DNA of 63,700 nucleotides, the filler included, from Collodictyon triciliatum (Eukaryota), in NCBI GenBank assembly GCA_043381765.1. It is 8 parts of 8 records of this genome, joined end to end, with 100 filler letters (N's around TTAATTAATTAA, not from the genome) between each part and the next. Parts side by side here need not be neighbours in the genome. Positions count along the whole stretch, not along the records: positions 14,773 to 22,056 come from JBHJMP010003977.1; positions 22,157 to 29,436 come from JBHJMP010003978.1; positions 29,537 to 36,807 come from JBHJMP010003979.1; positions 36,908 to 50,710 come from JBHJMP010003980.1; 4 more parts are not named here. The stretch is one strand, 5' to 3'. The notes beneath the pieces were generated by a model. It did not search any database. It was given only the letters and a program-made list of their open reading frames with translations, and had not been told where the DNA came from. Positions 21,716 to 45,017 of the stretch are shown in pieces (position 1 is the stretch's first letter; the number at the start of each line of letters is the position of its first letter). The translations under genes and the position numbers were made by a program.

Positions 21716-22542
21716 CAACTGGGCTGCGCAGCACACTCAAGGAAACGCCTTCTCAACAGAGTCAAGGAATAAAACCAAACTGAAGACAGCGTTGGCAGCC
21801 TCTTTATGAATCATCCCTTGTGTATACAAATCGTTTTGCCTCTGTTTGTTCTTTCGTCCTTTTGTTCTTTTGTTCTTTTGTTCTTTCGTTCTTTCGTTCT
21901 TTTGTTCTTTTGTTCTTTTGTTCTTTTGTTCTTTTGTTCTTTTGTTCTTTTGTTCTTTTGTTCTTTTGTTCTTTTGTTCTTTTGTTCTTTTGTTCTTTTG
22001 TTCTTTTGTTCTTTTGTTCTTTTGTTCTTTTGTTCTTTTGTTCTTTTGTTCTTTTGNNNNNNNNNNNNNNNNNNNNNNNNNNNNNNNNNNNNNNNNNNNN
22101 TTAATTAATTAANNNNNNNNNNNNNNNNNNNNNNNNNNNNNNNNNNNNNNNNNNNNTTCTTTTTCTTCTTTTTCTTCTTTTTCTTCTTTTTCTTCTTTTT
22201 CTTCTTTTTCTTCTTTTTCTTCTTTTTCTTCTTTTTCTTCTTTTTCTTCTTTTTCCTCTTTTCCTTCTTTTCCTTCGTTTCACGGGAACTATCCCCACAA
22301 CCTTTCTACTGCCATTTTGAATATCTTATTTCTGTTTGGACCAGACGGCCATGAATCGGTGGTTGGTGCTTCTCGCAGTCGCCTTTGCGCTTTGGACTGG
22401 GATGCTCACAATAAACGTCTCCGTTGATTGGTTTTTCTTCATTCGTCTTTTGCCATGTGTTTATGGTTGACACCTCATACCACTTCATTCAATCTCCACC
22501 ATTGCGTAAGATATCGCCAATGAAGGTTATTTATCTACATAT

Positions 22543-25816
<3,274 letters not shown>

Positions 25817-26052
25817 GAGCGGATTCTTCACCCCATTACTTTAAGATCCAGCATCATTCGCAGATATTGACGAAAATAAAAGAGCCATATTTATAACTAG
25901 ATATATTACCACTAATGTCTAATCTATATTGTGCCATCCCTCAATTTTAACTGCGATGCATTTTAGTGGTTGCATAAAACGAAATTCATTTGTCTTGGTT
26001 GAGGGATGAACATCGTTTTATGGTTCCATCGTGCTTATCTGTTTTCTAATTT

Positions 26053-29029
26053 TTATGAGGATGACTTTGTGAATAAAAGGTCAGTGTAAGCAGGTTTCAA
26101 TCTTTCCCATTGAAAAGATGACAAATCCACTGGAGGCCATTCCTTATTCCGCACCCAATCAACTGACGAGGATAGTCGTTTAAGTTTTTTCACCAACTGC
26201 GTCTCGGTATTGAAAAGATGCTCCTGGCTAAGGTATTCTGAATATTCGAAAAGAAAATACATGAACATATTCCATAAATGTTGTGTTTCAATGCTTTCGT
26301 TCGTCTTAGACAACAAAAAGGGATGTGACCAATTCAAAAATAACTTTTTAGAATTGAGAGAACCCACCAGGATACACGAGCCTTTTTGGACAAAGAGGAA
26401 AGCAGCCGCAAATGATTGCCTCCACAACGGAGACGCCAAAGAATTCGTGATTTGCAGTTGAGAGAACGACATCGGCCTGTTTTACATTTTGAGGAAAATG
26501 ACAGGCAAACATTTATTGTGAGACGAATTGTGGAACTATAGAGTTCTTGTAAGGATAGTAACCTTTCGAAGGACTTGATAATATAATTCCTTGGATGGCA
26601 GAAAACCATAGTTTTCAAGGCGCCCTGAATCCCTGTTAATTGTAAATGTGGATTAATTTGATTTTATTTGAAAGAAAAAACTCTTTTTTTCTTCTTTGGC
26701 TTATGCCGACTAAAAGTTTTTATTGACCCTTTTTATCGTTTTAAGCACTCAGATACCATAGGAAAATCAATATAGACAAAAGTTTTCGCCATGGCACACA
26801 TATTGCTATTGCTCAGGATTGAATGAGCTGAAACCTTAAGCGTTTTTCAGACTCTTCAAATATCTTTGGAATATCACTTGTGCACTCACCTGTGAGCAAA
26901 CATATTTCTCTTAACCAAACTAAACCAAACCAAACCAAAAAAATATAATTACTTGACTGCATCAATCGATTTTAAATACTCCAGTCAGGATACCTAAGAT
27001 TGAAACCGTGAAAGGAACTTGACCATCGATCAGAGAGAAAAGGACCGAAAATAGCAGCTCCGGATTTTTATCATGCTCCCAACGATGCGGCCAGACAATG
27101 TGCAGAGGGCCTTCCTTATTTCCATGGACTACAGAGATAAACTGGCATCACCTCTGTCGTTTGCAAAGTACTAACGATCTTTTGTTGGTCACCCTTTTAT
27201 CATCTATTTGAAATACACCATCCAAACTCACCACCTGAACTTTTGTCCTATTTTATGATATTCAAATAGAGAAAAAATCACTTTTAAAGTGGGGGAAAAT
27301 CAAGATAAATCATGCAGAACAATAGATTAAGATATATATATATCTACATATATATATATATATCTACCGGCACTTCTCCCAAATTCAGCGACACAGGAAA
27401 GTACAGGACTCTAATCATGTATCGTATTTGCGTTAGCAAAAAAGAGTGTTTTTAAGGCATAGCAATTCTTTTAATTTATGTTATTATAGGCACAAACATC
27501 CAAGGTGTTTTACCGAGATTTTTCTCGTATAAGTGCGATGCTTTCCTTCGGTCTGTAGTCTGGCATATGATTTAAAAATGTAGTCAATCCGTCAAGAAAT
27601 GATGCCATATTGTACTTTGAGTTGAAAACCACTGTATCAGCGGATAGGCAGGAAACCTATTTATTTGTTAGGTAGCTATTTAGTTGGTTAGTTCCTTTGG
27701 TTCTTTGTTGGTTTCAAAGAGGCTAATAATTTATATGCTACAGGAATTCTGCATTTAATTGATAAAAGTTTTATTAAAACATTCGCACTTTTACTCTACA
27801 ATTATAAAATTTCTTGCATTTTGTTATTTTCTAATATGTCTGTGTGATAAAGTGGACGCACAAACTGAATCCAGCCCAACTGAAAATCAGTGCTTTCTTG
27901 TTTTCTCACTGGGTACACTATTTGGTTTTCATGGAAATAGAGAATCTTGTGGGCTTTTGACAGGTCAGGTCTGATTCCTAAGAGGCAAAAAAAAAAAAAA
28001 CTGTGATTCATCAAATGTAGAGTGTTTGTTTTTCCTGATGTATATTCGGACACTTTTCAACTCCTGGATGGATATCTCCCAGCTTTTACTGCTTATGTCA
28101 AGCAATAATACGCGTTAAGGAGAATCTGGAAGATGAAGCTTTCTAAAAGCAGGGGGAAATCTGGTGCCTTTTTTTATGATGTTTCCTCAAGGAATTCTAT
28201 TTTCAACATATGAAAGCATACATATCAATCAAGCCATTCATCGAGATTTTTTTTTTTAAAAAAAAAACCTATCAATTCGGACAGATTTAACATGCTGGTT
28301 GCAAACAAAATGTCGAAAGTGTGCGGATTTGGTATCCTCGATGCTATTGTGACTGCTGATGTCCGCAATCTCCTTCATGAATTATTTGTTGCAAAAAAAA
28401 AAAGGTCAGTTGAAATGACGTGACGTGATGTGTGATGTGTGATGTGTGATGTGTGATGTGTGATGTGTGATGTGTGATGTGTGATGTGTGATGTGTGATG
28501 TGTGATGTGTGATGTGTGATGTGTGATACGTGATGCGTGATGTGTGATGTGAGATGTGAGATGTGTTGTGTGATGTGTGATGTTGTGTTGTGTTGTGTTG
28601 TGATGTGATGTGTGATGTGTGATGTGTGATGTGTGATGTGTGATGTGTGATGTGTGATGTGTGATGTGCGATATGTGTTTGGAATCGTTGGGTGGCAGCT
28701 CTATATCCATAATCATTTCATCGAGGCATTTTTACTGTCCAAATCTCCAGGAGATACCGACCAATGCCATTTCTTTGCTGGAAGGCAGAAAACGTTTGTC
28801 TCCGGAATGGAAAACTCGCTCTGAAGAAGGTCAATCATGACTCTGTTTTGGATGCGGCGATGCGGCGGTTTAAAGAATTGCATTTGGTTGTTAGGCTCCC
28901 TTGTTTGCAACCACATATTTCTGAGACATGCTGCTGCGGGAAAGTCTGCATGAACGAATGGAGGAACACTCACTTGTGTGACCCGCCATAAAACGGTTCA
29001 ATCAACAGAACTCGCGAAGCCTCCGTCAT
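26053..29029 (-). CDS. GTDC1: Glycosyltransferase-like domain-containing protein 1 (tRNA-queuosine alpha-mannosyltransferase family)
   Basis: Spliced [86 protein letters not shown], all characteristic of GTDC1. Confidence 0.9.
28423..28668. repeat. Intronic 7-bp tandem repeat (GTGATGT)n with degenerate units
   Basis: Directly visible array inside a GTDC1 intron. Confidence 0.9.
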
Positions 29030-29176
29030 CGAGGCAGAGTCTATTAAGCAGCCGGGAATGTGATTTTGTTGTTACGGGATGAAAAAGAGAGGTGGAAATG
29101 GGTCTGCTCCCGAGTCATACTGTGCGCCTTTCCTTTCACCAGCTTTTATCCGCGCCCGCTTCTTTTGTTCCTTTTT

Positions 29177-29241
<65 letters not shown>

Positions 29242-29663
29242 TGTTATGCATCGTATTTTATTGTAAGCCTTGCGTTATTGGCCAAAGAATCTATTAAGGT
29301 TCACAAGCAAATATCAACTCATCTGTCTCCTTTTTGTTTTGTTTTGTTTTGTTTTGTTTTGTTTTGTTTTGTTTTGTTTTGTTTTGTTTTGTTTTGTTTT
29401 GTTTTGTTTTGTTTTGTTTTGTTTTGTTTTGTTTTGNNNNNNNNNNNNNNNNNNNNNNNNNNNNNNNNNNNNNNNNNNNNTTAATTAATTAANNNNNNNN
29501 NNNNNNNNNNNNNNNNNNNNNNNNNNNNNNNNNNNNAAACAAAAAACAAAAAACAAAAAACAAAAAACAAAAAACAAAAAACAAAAAACAAAAAACAAAA
29601 AACAAAAAACAAAAAACAAAAAACAAAAAAAACAGGAGAGGAAAGCAGCCCCTCTTTTAAGTC

Positions 29664-31313
29664 ATGGAAGAAGAGTTCGGTGTTGAGGACCCGCTGCTTG
29701 TACGAGATCCGATCATTCTCGAGGATGAATACTGTCCTTACAACCACTTGGAGGTGCTAGCTTCGCTTCTCTCTTTTTTCTTTTTCTTTTTTCTTTTTTC
29801 TTTTTTCTTTTTTCTTTTTCTTTTTTCTTTTTCTTTTTCTTTTTTCCTTTTTCCTTTTGGCTTCGTTGATTCATGCAAGTTTTATCCAAGCTGTATTCAT
29901 CTGTTGCTTTTTTTTTGACCTTCCCTTAACAGTGTTTTTAATTACGTGCACACTTACTCTTTCATCGGCCTTCCAGATCATCGCTGGATTGTTTACTTCG
30001 CTTCTTGGAATGCTGGCTTTCGGTCTGGGGCGTAAGAATCGTGTTCGAGAGCGCTTTCTTGTGTTGTTTGGGCTTCTTGCCTGGGCTGGCGTGATGCTTG
30101 CGGTTAGCAGCCACTGGAAAAAGTTTTGGTTGGACAGGTAGTGAGTGGCGCGATACCGACTCTTTTTCATCTACTCTTCATCATCTCTAAACATTCGTAA
30201 CTATCTTACCTATTTACATCATGCTCTATTGCTACCCACAGAATCGCACATTTTTTCGTAACTGGGCCACTGATTGTATTTGCGTATCTGCTCCATGAAG
30301 ACCTTTACTTGTTCACGTTTGCTCAGATTCATGGGCTCTTTGGTGGGTACATGATATGTGCGATCCCCTATTTCTACGAGGTTCAGATTGGTTTACTGCT
30401 TATATACATATATCGATTTATCTCGACCCGCCTGCGTTCATTCATGCGCACGGAGTAAGTATTTCTTTGCTGGTTAATATTATAGAAACGCAAATAATAC
30501 TGAGAATAAAAATATCCCGCTTATTGCGTTGGAATGTATTTCTGTTTCTTTTTTCTTTCTTCTTTTGCTTCGTACCAAGCGTTGTATCCATTTGGTGTTT
30601 GGTTCCATGCACGACTATACACATACCAGGCTCAAGTAACATCTATATAATTGATATCCTAGGTCATGGAAAAAACAAAAGTCTGAAGGCGTTACGACAT
30701 TTAACACCGCGGTGCTGTTTTCTGTACTTGGAGTTGTGGTGTTGCTTTATGCGCGGTATCTTGGTTGCAAGTCATCAGTACTCCCGACTTTTCTGCAACC
30801 CATGGGCCAGGTTGATAGTCTTTCACTCATAGCAGAAGACAGATGTTTTTTTTGTTTCTTTTTTTTAGTTTTCTTCTCCTTGATTTCAATACCCTTTTTA
30901 TATATATATATATATCTTTCGGTGCGGTTTGTAAAAGTTTATGACTCTAATTATTTTTTTTTGGCAATTTTTGGAAGTAAATTGGAGAGAACAACACTTT
31001 TTCCACTCTTTTTACAACGTGCATAAAGTTTATATACCTGACCACCTCATAGCTTGTAGACCAAACCAATTTTTTTTTAATTTCCCTATCTGTGCCTAAT
31101 CCTCTAACCAGTCAATTCATTACCCAGGTGTTTGTCTCCATGGCATTCTACCATGCTGTCATAGCATTTGTTTATTTCCGAGAGGAGTTGATGAATGAGA
31201 AAGACCGAGAATTGCTTAAGTATCGGTCCAAGGAGCACAGACTTCTTCGATACAGCATCCAGCATTACGCCGGACTTTTGCCTCATATTGCGTATGACCC
31301 TGCATCAGAGTAG
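29664..31313 (+). CDS. Uncharacterised multi-pass membrane protein (about 5 exons)
   Basis: Exons MEEEFG..NHLE | IIAGLFTSLLGM..WLDR | IAHFF..HGLFGG | SWKK..PMGQ | VFVSMAF..DPASE* are bounded by GT-AG. One donor choice is inferred from frame. Confidence 0.6.
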
Positions 31314-31902
31314 CACAAGGATTCCTCCCACCTTTTTCTACTACTTTTCCCTTTTCTCTCGTGTTGCTTCCCCCAGCAGTAAACGAAAGCTGTGCTGGTA
31401 TCAAGCATTACTACTTTGCCAACCAATTTTTTTGGTGACCCTCCTCTCGGCTTACCGGCAAATAAAGGAAGAAATGGATTGCGCGATTGTCTTTGTTTAT
31501 GCAGGGTGATATAAGAAATCGAAGTGATGACCGAGTAATTGGCAGATTGGTTTCCCGGGCTTTGTCTGTGGTTATATGTGCGTGAATAACGAAGGGAGGT
31601 GTTGGAAGAGTTCTTTGTTTGTTGTTGGTCGTGTTCATTCAAAACCGAATGAACCCAGCGCGAGCTTATAAGATACAAACGGAGGAGAGTGAGAAAGGTA
31701 GACAATGGGAAGGGTTATCACATAAATGGATAAAAAAAAACACACACTAGCCCAAATTGGCACTCATGCTCAGTGGTTATTGCCAGTCCATTGGGGATTC
31801 CATACGAAAGAAATAAAAATAAGGGGGAAAAAAAAACAGAAAGCTGGAAAGAAGGAAAGAAAGAAAAAAGAAAAGCCCCGAGCAGGTAAGGCACTTACAC
31901 TA

Positions 31903-34635
31903 CTACGAACAAGTACAGCAGTTCCTGATATGAAGCAGTTAAAAATGAATACCATTTTGACATCTCACATTATGGTGTGAATATATGCATAAAAATATGG
32001 AACCTAGCATGTCACAAAGATACAGTCACAGTTAGCAAACAAGCAAATAAAAACATAAAATAAATCGACAAATCGAAAACAAACAGTTAAATAAACAATC
32101 ATAAGCTAGTACCAAACTGATAGAAGAGCAAAAGGATAGCAAAAATACAATCGATGTACATACATCGGGGTGCCATAGCCTTCATCGGGGTCATATTTGT
32201 CTGACTCCTTGGCCGGGTACTCCGCCGAGCTGCCTTGAAGGAGCAGGGAAGAGCTATCATGGGATGAAATGTCGCTGTTTTGAGGCGCGATTGTGTGCTT
32301 GGGTGTCTGTGTGTGTTTGTCTTGAATGGGGCTTGACTCCGTTTCATTTAATTGGTGCTTTCTCGGAAATGGACCATTTCGATTTTCTGCAGAGACAGGG
32401 TATCAGTTATTATGACATAGTTTGTAAGGCTTATAAGATGAGAAAGATATGTTAAGAGTACAATATTTGGAATGGCATTTTACCTTCAACTGGATTAATT
32501 AAGGACTCAATATCTCTGTTTCTGGGCGGCTCAGGCTCAGGCTCAGGCTCAGGCTCGACTGGCAAATGTGTTTTAGTCTGAGATGTGGGTTCATAAGCAC
32601 TTTCATGTTCTCTTAAAAGTGTTTTTTGGACATAAATTGGAGCCGAAGAAGGAGGGAAAGCTGGAATAGTGTCTGGGGATGCAGTGATGAATTCCGATGG
32701 GCTGGTAATTCCTGATCGATAATCATCTGGACGAGGTTCTGTATTTTGTGGCCGATTGTTGGTGGGCGGGGCACCGACACTGTCCTCTGGTGTCAGATGA
32801 TAGCCTAACAAGCCATCGTATGTGGTTGATCTCGACCTTGCTTTGTGCATTTCTATGAAGGAAACTGGCTGCTTGGTGAATCTCATTGGTCCATGGTCGC
32901 CAGGTCTCATCAGCCCACCAGCGTTGGGAAGAGCTGGCTCTCTGTTATCAGCGTCAGCGCCCTCAAGAAGATCCTTTGGGGGATTCTAGTTTTGGAGGTT
33001 CAATACGAGAAAAAAAGGGAGAAAAGGGAGAAAAAGGAGAAAAAAAAGGAGAAAAAAGGAGAAAAAAGGAGAAAAAAAGGGAGAAAAAAAGGGAGAGAGA
33101 AAGGGAGAGAGAAAGGGAGAGAGAAAGGGAGAGAGAAAGGGAGAGAGAAAGGGAGAGAGAAAGGGAGAGAGAAAGGGAGAGAGAAAGGGAGAAAAAGGGG
33201 AGAGGAGGCAGAATGGAAAGAGATGAATATATTTACGTGTTGCAAAAAATGTAATTTCGCATAGTATATGCTGATTACAGTCACATTGGCTGTGCGCAGA
33301 TCGTAAAAAGGAAAATAAGGCGAACAGAAGAGGCGATAGTGAAAAAGAACGATTGCGAGATTTGCTTGTGTATAACAGCCCCATACCCGAGCCAGCTTCA
33401 GAATAGTCATGTTTTCATAGCACGCGTTTACGTTTTCGTCAAACTCCTCCTGGGGGCACTCCTCCATGACTAAATCCTATGAGAACGAACAATGAACGCA
33501 CCGATCAAACAGAACAAATACAGACACCGCAACACCTGAACCCAACCCATCCCAACCTCGCAGACATTGACCCACCAAACAGGCAATTAGAGCACCAAAC
33601 AAACAAACAAACAAACAAACAAACAAACAAACAAACAAACAAACAAACAAACAAACAAACAAACAAACAAACAAACAAACAAACAAAATAAAAATAGCAG
33701 TCGAAATAAATCATGAAATATACAAATATAGATATAGAACCCGACACCGACACCGACACCGACACCGACAAATGCCAGGCGACGAAAGGGGAGGCGCTTA
33801 CATCGTAGTAATCGCGGAGGAAGCGGAGCCAGCGGGCCAGGGTCCAGCGGGCTTCAGGGTCGTGGTGGAGGTTGGCGAGGAGGGCGTCCTTGAAGCGGAG
33901 GTCGGAGAGGTCGGCAAGGTGGAAGCGGCGGACATTGACCTTGCGGCGGACAAGGATCTGGTAGGAGATGAAGGCGAGGTTGTAGACGACGCTGCGCTCG
34001 CCGGCGTAGAAGGAGGTGCGCATGAGCTCGGGCGGGTAGAGCAGCATGCCCTTGGAGGCGCGGTTGAGGCGGTCCCACTGCATCTGGACGGAGGCGCGGA
34101 GGGCGTGGAGCTGGTAGTCGACGAGGACGATGGAGCGGCGGCGGGCGTCGTAGATGAGGTTGCGGCAGGAGAGCGGCTCCTCGCAGAAGGCCATGCCGCC
34201 GTCGGGCAGGCGCGGCAGGTGCGTCATCAGGTAGCGCGTGGCGTCGGCCATCTGCAGGGCGATGCGCACGTGCGTGGCCGTGTCCAGCCCCTGGTCCAGC
34301 ACGTCCAGCAGCGGCACGCCCTCTGCAAACGCCCGCACCACGTGCACCTGCTGGCGGTGGCAGAAGAACCCCAGGTACGGCGCAAGGTGCGGGTGCGGGT
34401 TCAGGTGCAGCAGTTTGCGGATGTCGCCCCGCACCCGCTCCACGTCCGCCGCCCCTTCGTACAGCATGTCCGCGCTGAACTGCTTCACCACCAGCTGTGG
34501 CAGCAGCCGCCTCCGCAGGCTCACCTCCAGAAACAGCTCGTACTCGCTGTGCGCAGCCTCGTAGGTCAGCGGCACGAGGCACTCGCGCCCGAAGCCCACT
34601 GTCTCGGTCCTGGCCGCCTCGCTTGGCTCCGTCAT
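31903..34635 (-). CDS. Protein-kinase-like pseudokinase with low-complexity C-terminus and Cys-rich tail
   Basis: Kinase-fold order VVKQF..HPHLAPYLGF..RIALQMADATRYL..LSCRNL..LVDYQ..YPPEL..VYNLAFISYQI. Downstream exons splice in frame to ..YGTPMNCCTCS*. Confidence 0.7.
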
Positions 34636-34660
34636 GGCTTCTTTGGCTGTCCTTGTTTTG

Positions 34661-34701
<41 letters not shown>

Positions 34702-36065
34702 GTTTTGTTTTGTTTTGTTTTGTTTTGTTTTGTTTTGTTTTGTTTTGTTTTGCTTCGCTTTGCTTAGTTTCTTTTTTTTTTTCTTTTGTTGTTGTTGTTG
34801 TTCTCTTTCAACGGGTGCAGTCGATCACAGAGGGGTGGCTGGTTCTGTTCTTCTTCTGCTGTTCTGGTGCCCTCGGACTTTGGACTTTGGACTTCGCCTC
34901 CGTCACAGGCTTCACAAACAATGCGCGAGCGAATTGATCGAGGTTTTGTCAAACGGAGATCGTCGGCCTTCGGCTTGCGCCCGTTGTATGTATGTATGAG
35001 TGTATGTGTAAAGTTAAGCCTGTGGGGTTGGCAGGTGACAGGCTGGCAGACTTTCAGAACCTTGCGGGCTCGCTTGTCCTGTCTGGGCTGGGAGGGAAAT
35101 TATCCTATCGTGGGTAGGGCTCATGTCGACAATCTTGATTTCCTTAAGTGAATATGGGGTGTTGCGTACAAAGTCGTCGACTGCATCGTTATGGAAATCA
35201 CAGATAAGTAAGTTGTTTTTGCTTTTTTTTGCTTTTTTTTTTTGTTTTTCTTTGGGAATTTAATTATCCCACCAAATTGTATCTAGTATCTCAATTTTTA
35301 CTTTTTCCTCTCCCTACCTACCGTTTCACAATCTGAAGAATCGTGCTCGGTAGCTTTCTATACGACGTGGCTCCAGTTGATATTTTGGCGGCTTGTTACA
35401 AAGAGCCAGAATTAATTTTGTACGATTTATGACATAATTTTATTACATGTTTATTAAGTTGAGTATTCTTATTGAGATAAATGAGCAAATAATTACTTGG
35501 AGAAGTATATTCCGCAAATGAATTATTTCATACAGAAATATGTTCAAAGAATCACCAAATAAATTTCCCCTGTTGACAAGTATGGAAAATTTCTGCGATA
35601 TAAAAATTCTGTCATAAGTGGAAAATATCTTGTGCTCTAGGATGATCGAATCTTCGGTGGGCTTCGAGGAAGGCTGTTGTGCCATCGTGCATCAGGCCAG
35701 GGAATCAGATACCTTCCGTCGGAGATCGATGGGTGCGCGACTGCTTTCTACAAACTCTAGCAGCCTCACCTGTACCTGGTCTTAATTATGACGCAAAAAA
35801 GAANNNNNNNNNNNNNNNNNNNNNNNNNNNNNNNNNNNNNNNNNNNNNNNNNNNNNNNNNNNNNNNNNNNNNNNNNNNNNNNNNNNNNNNNNNNNNNNNN
35901 NNNNNNNNNNNNNAAAACAAAACGGGGAGAATAGGAGGGGAAAAGGCTGCGCATGAAACCAATTCATCATGACAGGCAATTTGGTTGGTGCGTGAAAGTG
36001 AATCGCACTCGTGCTGTGACGAGAAGGACTGTGCATAAGAAGGCGGTGGTGTGATTAAATGACCA

Positions 36066-36600
36066 ACCAGGGTCGCTCAAAGACGGCACTCGGTCTCGCA
36101 GGAAGGAAAGATACGCATCAACATTCTCTTTCATGCCTTTTGCAAGGGAATACTTTCCAAAGTAAACAAGGGCGCGACATAGTCCAATGCATTCATCTGT
36201 GTTGCGATAGATAGGAGAATCAAAAAACCAAAAAAAAAAAAAAATTAAAGAATCAAGATGAAACGACATATGATGAAATAGTAAGAAAATAACAAAAGGA
36301 TAAAAATCGATGAGAGAAAAGTTATATTAAAAGATTTGATTGATAATCAAGAATGGAACGGTAATTTTCATCTGTGTATACAAACATAACACAATATCCT
36401 CAATGCAAAAAGAAAAAAAGAAGCATATTTTGTAAAATCCTGAGAGAAGGGAAATCATAATAAAATGATAGAAGAATAGTGAACCAATAAACTTCGATGT
36501 TGGGACTATTTGCGATAAAAGCTTAATCAGATAAGCATCTTCCTCGATTGAGCCGTCTCTGAACTTGGTTTTCTTGGAACGTTGACGAGTCTTTTTTCTT
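36066..36600 (-). CDS. ELP1: Elongator complex protein 1 (IKI3/IKAP), C-terminal exons only
   Basis: KKTRQRSKKTKFRDGSIEEDAYLIKLLSQIV..DECIGLCRALVYFG resembles the basic region plus EGSxxED motif of the ELP1 C-terminus. Confidence 0.65.
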
Positions 36601-36742
36601 CATGTTTAGGACACGGCGGCATAAAGAATATTCAATAAGGAGAAGAAAAAAAAGCGGCATTATGATAATATTCACAGTTCAGTTCGTCAGCTATTTGTTT
36701 TGTTTTGTTTTGTTTTGTTTTGTTTTGTTTTGTTTTGTTTTG

Positions 36743-36783
<41 letters not shown>

Positions 36784-37063
36784 GTTTTGTTTTGTTTTGT
36801 TTTGTTTNNNNNNNNNNNNNNNNNNNNNNNNNNNNNNNNNNNNNNNNNNNNTTAATTAATTAANNNNNNNNNNNNNNNNNNNNNNNNNNNNNNNNNNNNN
36901 NNNNNNNATGTATGTATGTATGTATGTATGTATGTATGTATGTATGTATGTATGTATGTATGTATGTATGTATGTATGTATGTATGTATGTATGTATGTA
37001 TGCACATTTACAAAGCAAATTGACTTGTTTGATTACTAAGCACCATTCAATATTGCGCCATAG

Positions 37064-43996
<6,933 letters not shown>

Positions 43997-44466
43997 AGGC
44001 AAAGCCTTCAGCTCAGAGCCGCACAACAGAATAGGAATATTCTATTCTATACTATAAATTTGCCGGCTTTGTTTGTTTGTTTGTTCGATCTATTCTATAC
44101 CTCGCAATGTGTATTAATGAGATAATCACACACAGAGAGATAGACTTGAGAGGAGCAAAAAAAAAAAAAAAAAAAANNNNNNNNNNNNNNNNNNNNNNNN
44201 NNNNNNNNNNNNNNNNNNNNNNNNNNNNNNNNNNNNNNNNNNNNNNNNNNNNNNNNNNNNNNNNNNNNNNNNNNNNNNNNNNNNNNNNNNNNNNNNNNNN
44301 NNNNNNNNNNNNNNNNNNNNNNNNNNNNNNNNNNNNNNNNNNNNNNNNNNNNNNNNNNNNNNNNNNNNNNNNNNNNNNNNNNNNNNNNNNNNNNNNNNNN
44401 NNNNNNNNNNNNNNNNNNNNNNNNNNNNNNNNNNNNNNNNNNNNNNNNNNNNNNNNNNNNNNNNNA

Positions 44467-44561
<95 letters not shown>

Positions 44562-44938
44562 GACACACTCTTCAGAAAATAGTATTATTGCACTGGGCTC
44601 TTTTCTTCTCTCAACCCACCACATTCTGAATCTGAAGCCGGAAAAGAAAGTAAGCAGGTAATCGGAAAGAGGGATCCTGAGAAGGACAAGACCGCCTACC
44701 AGGAGACCAACGCCATGGAACGCCTACCATTCGCACGCAAATTGAGAGGCCGACGCAGCCGACCCAGAGGGCCAAAAGGTCACTTGACCACATCCCTTTC
44801 AACACAGGTTATGCGCAGAGACACCGACGATCAGGACGCCAGAGAACACCAACCCGTGAGTACAACAAGCGACGATAAGACGGAACGAGCATTCGAAAAG
44901 AATAATAAAGGAAAAAGATGGAGCGATTTCTTTGAAAC

Positions 44939-45017
<79 letters not shown>

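Noticed and set aside
26053-26900. Cys/His-containing fragments resembling a KDZ transposase
   Set aside because: Correct splicing explains the region as the GTDC1 C-terminus.
33772-34767. Long overlapping ORFs (331 aa plus strand, 242 aa minus strand)
   Set aside because: These are shadows of the GC-rich pseudokinase exon.
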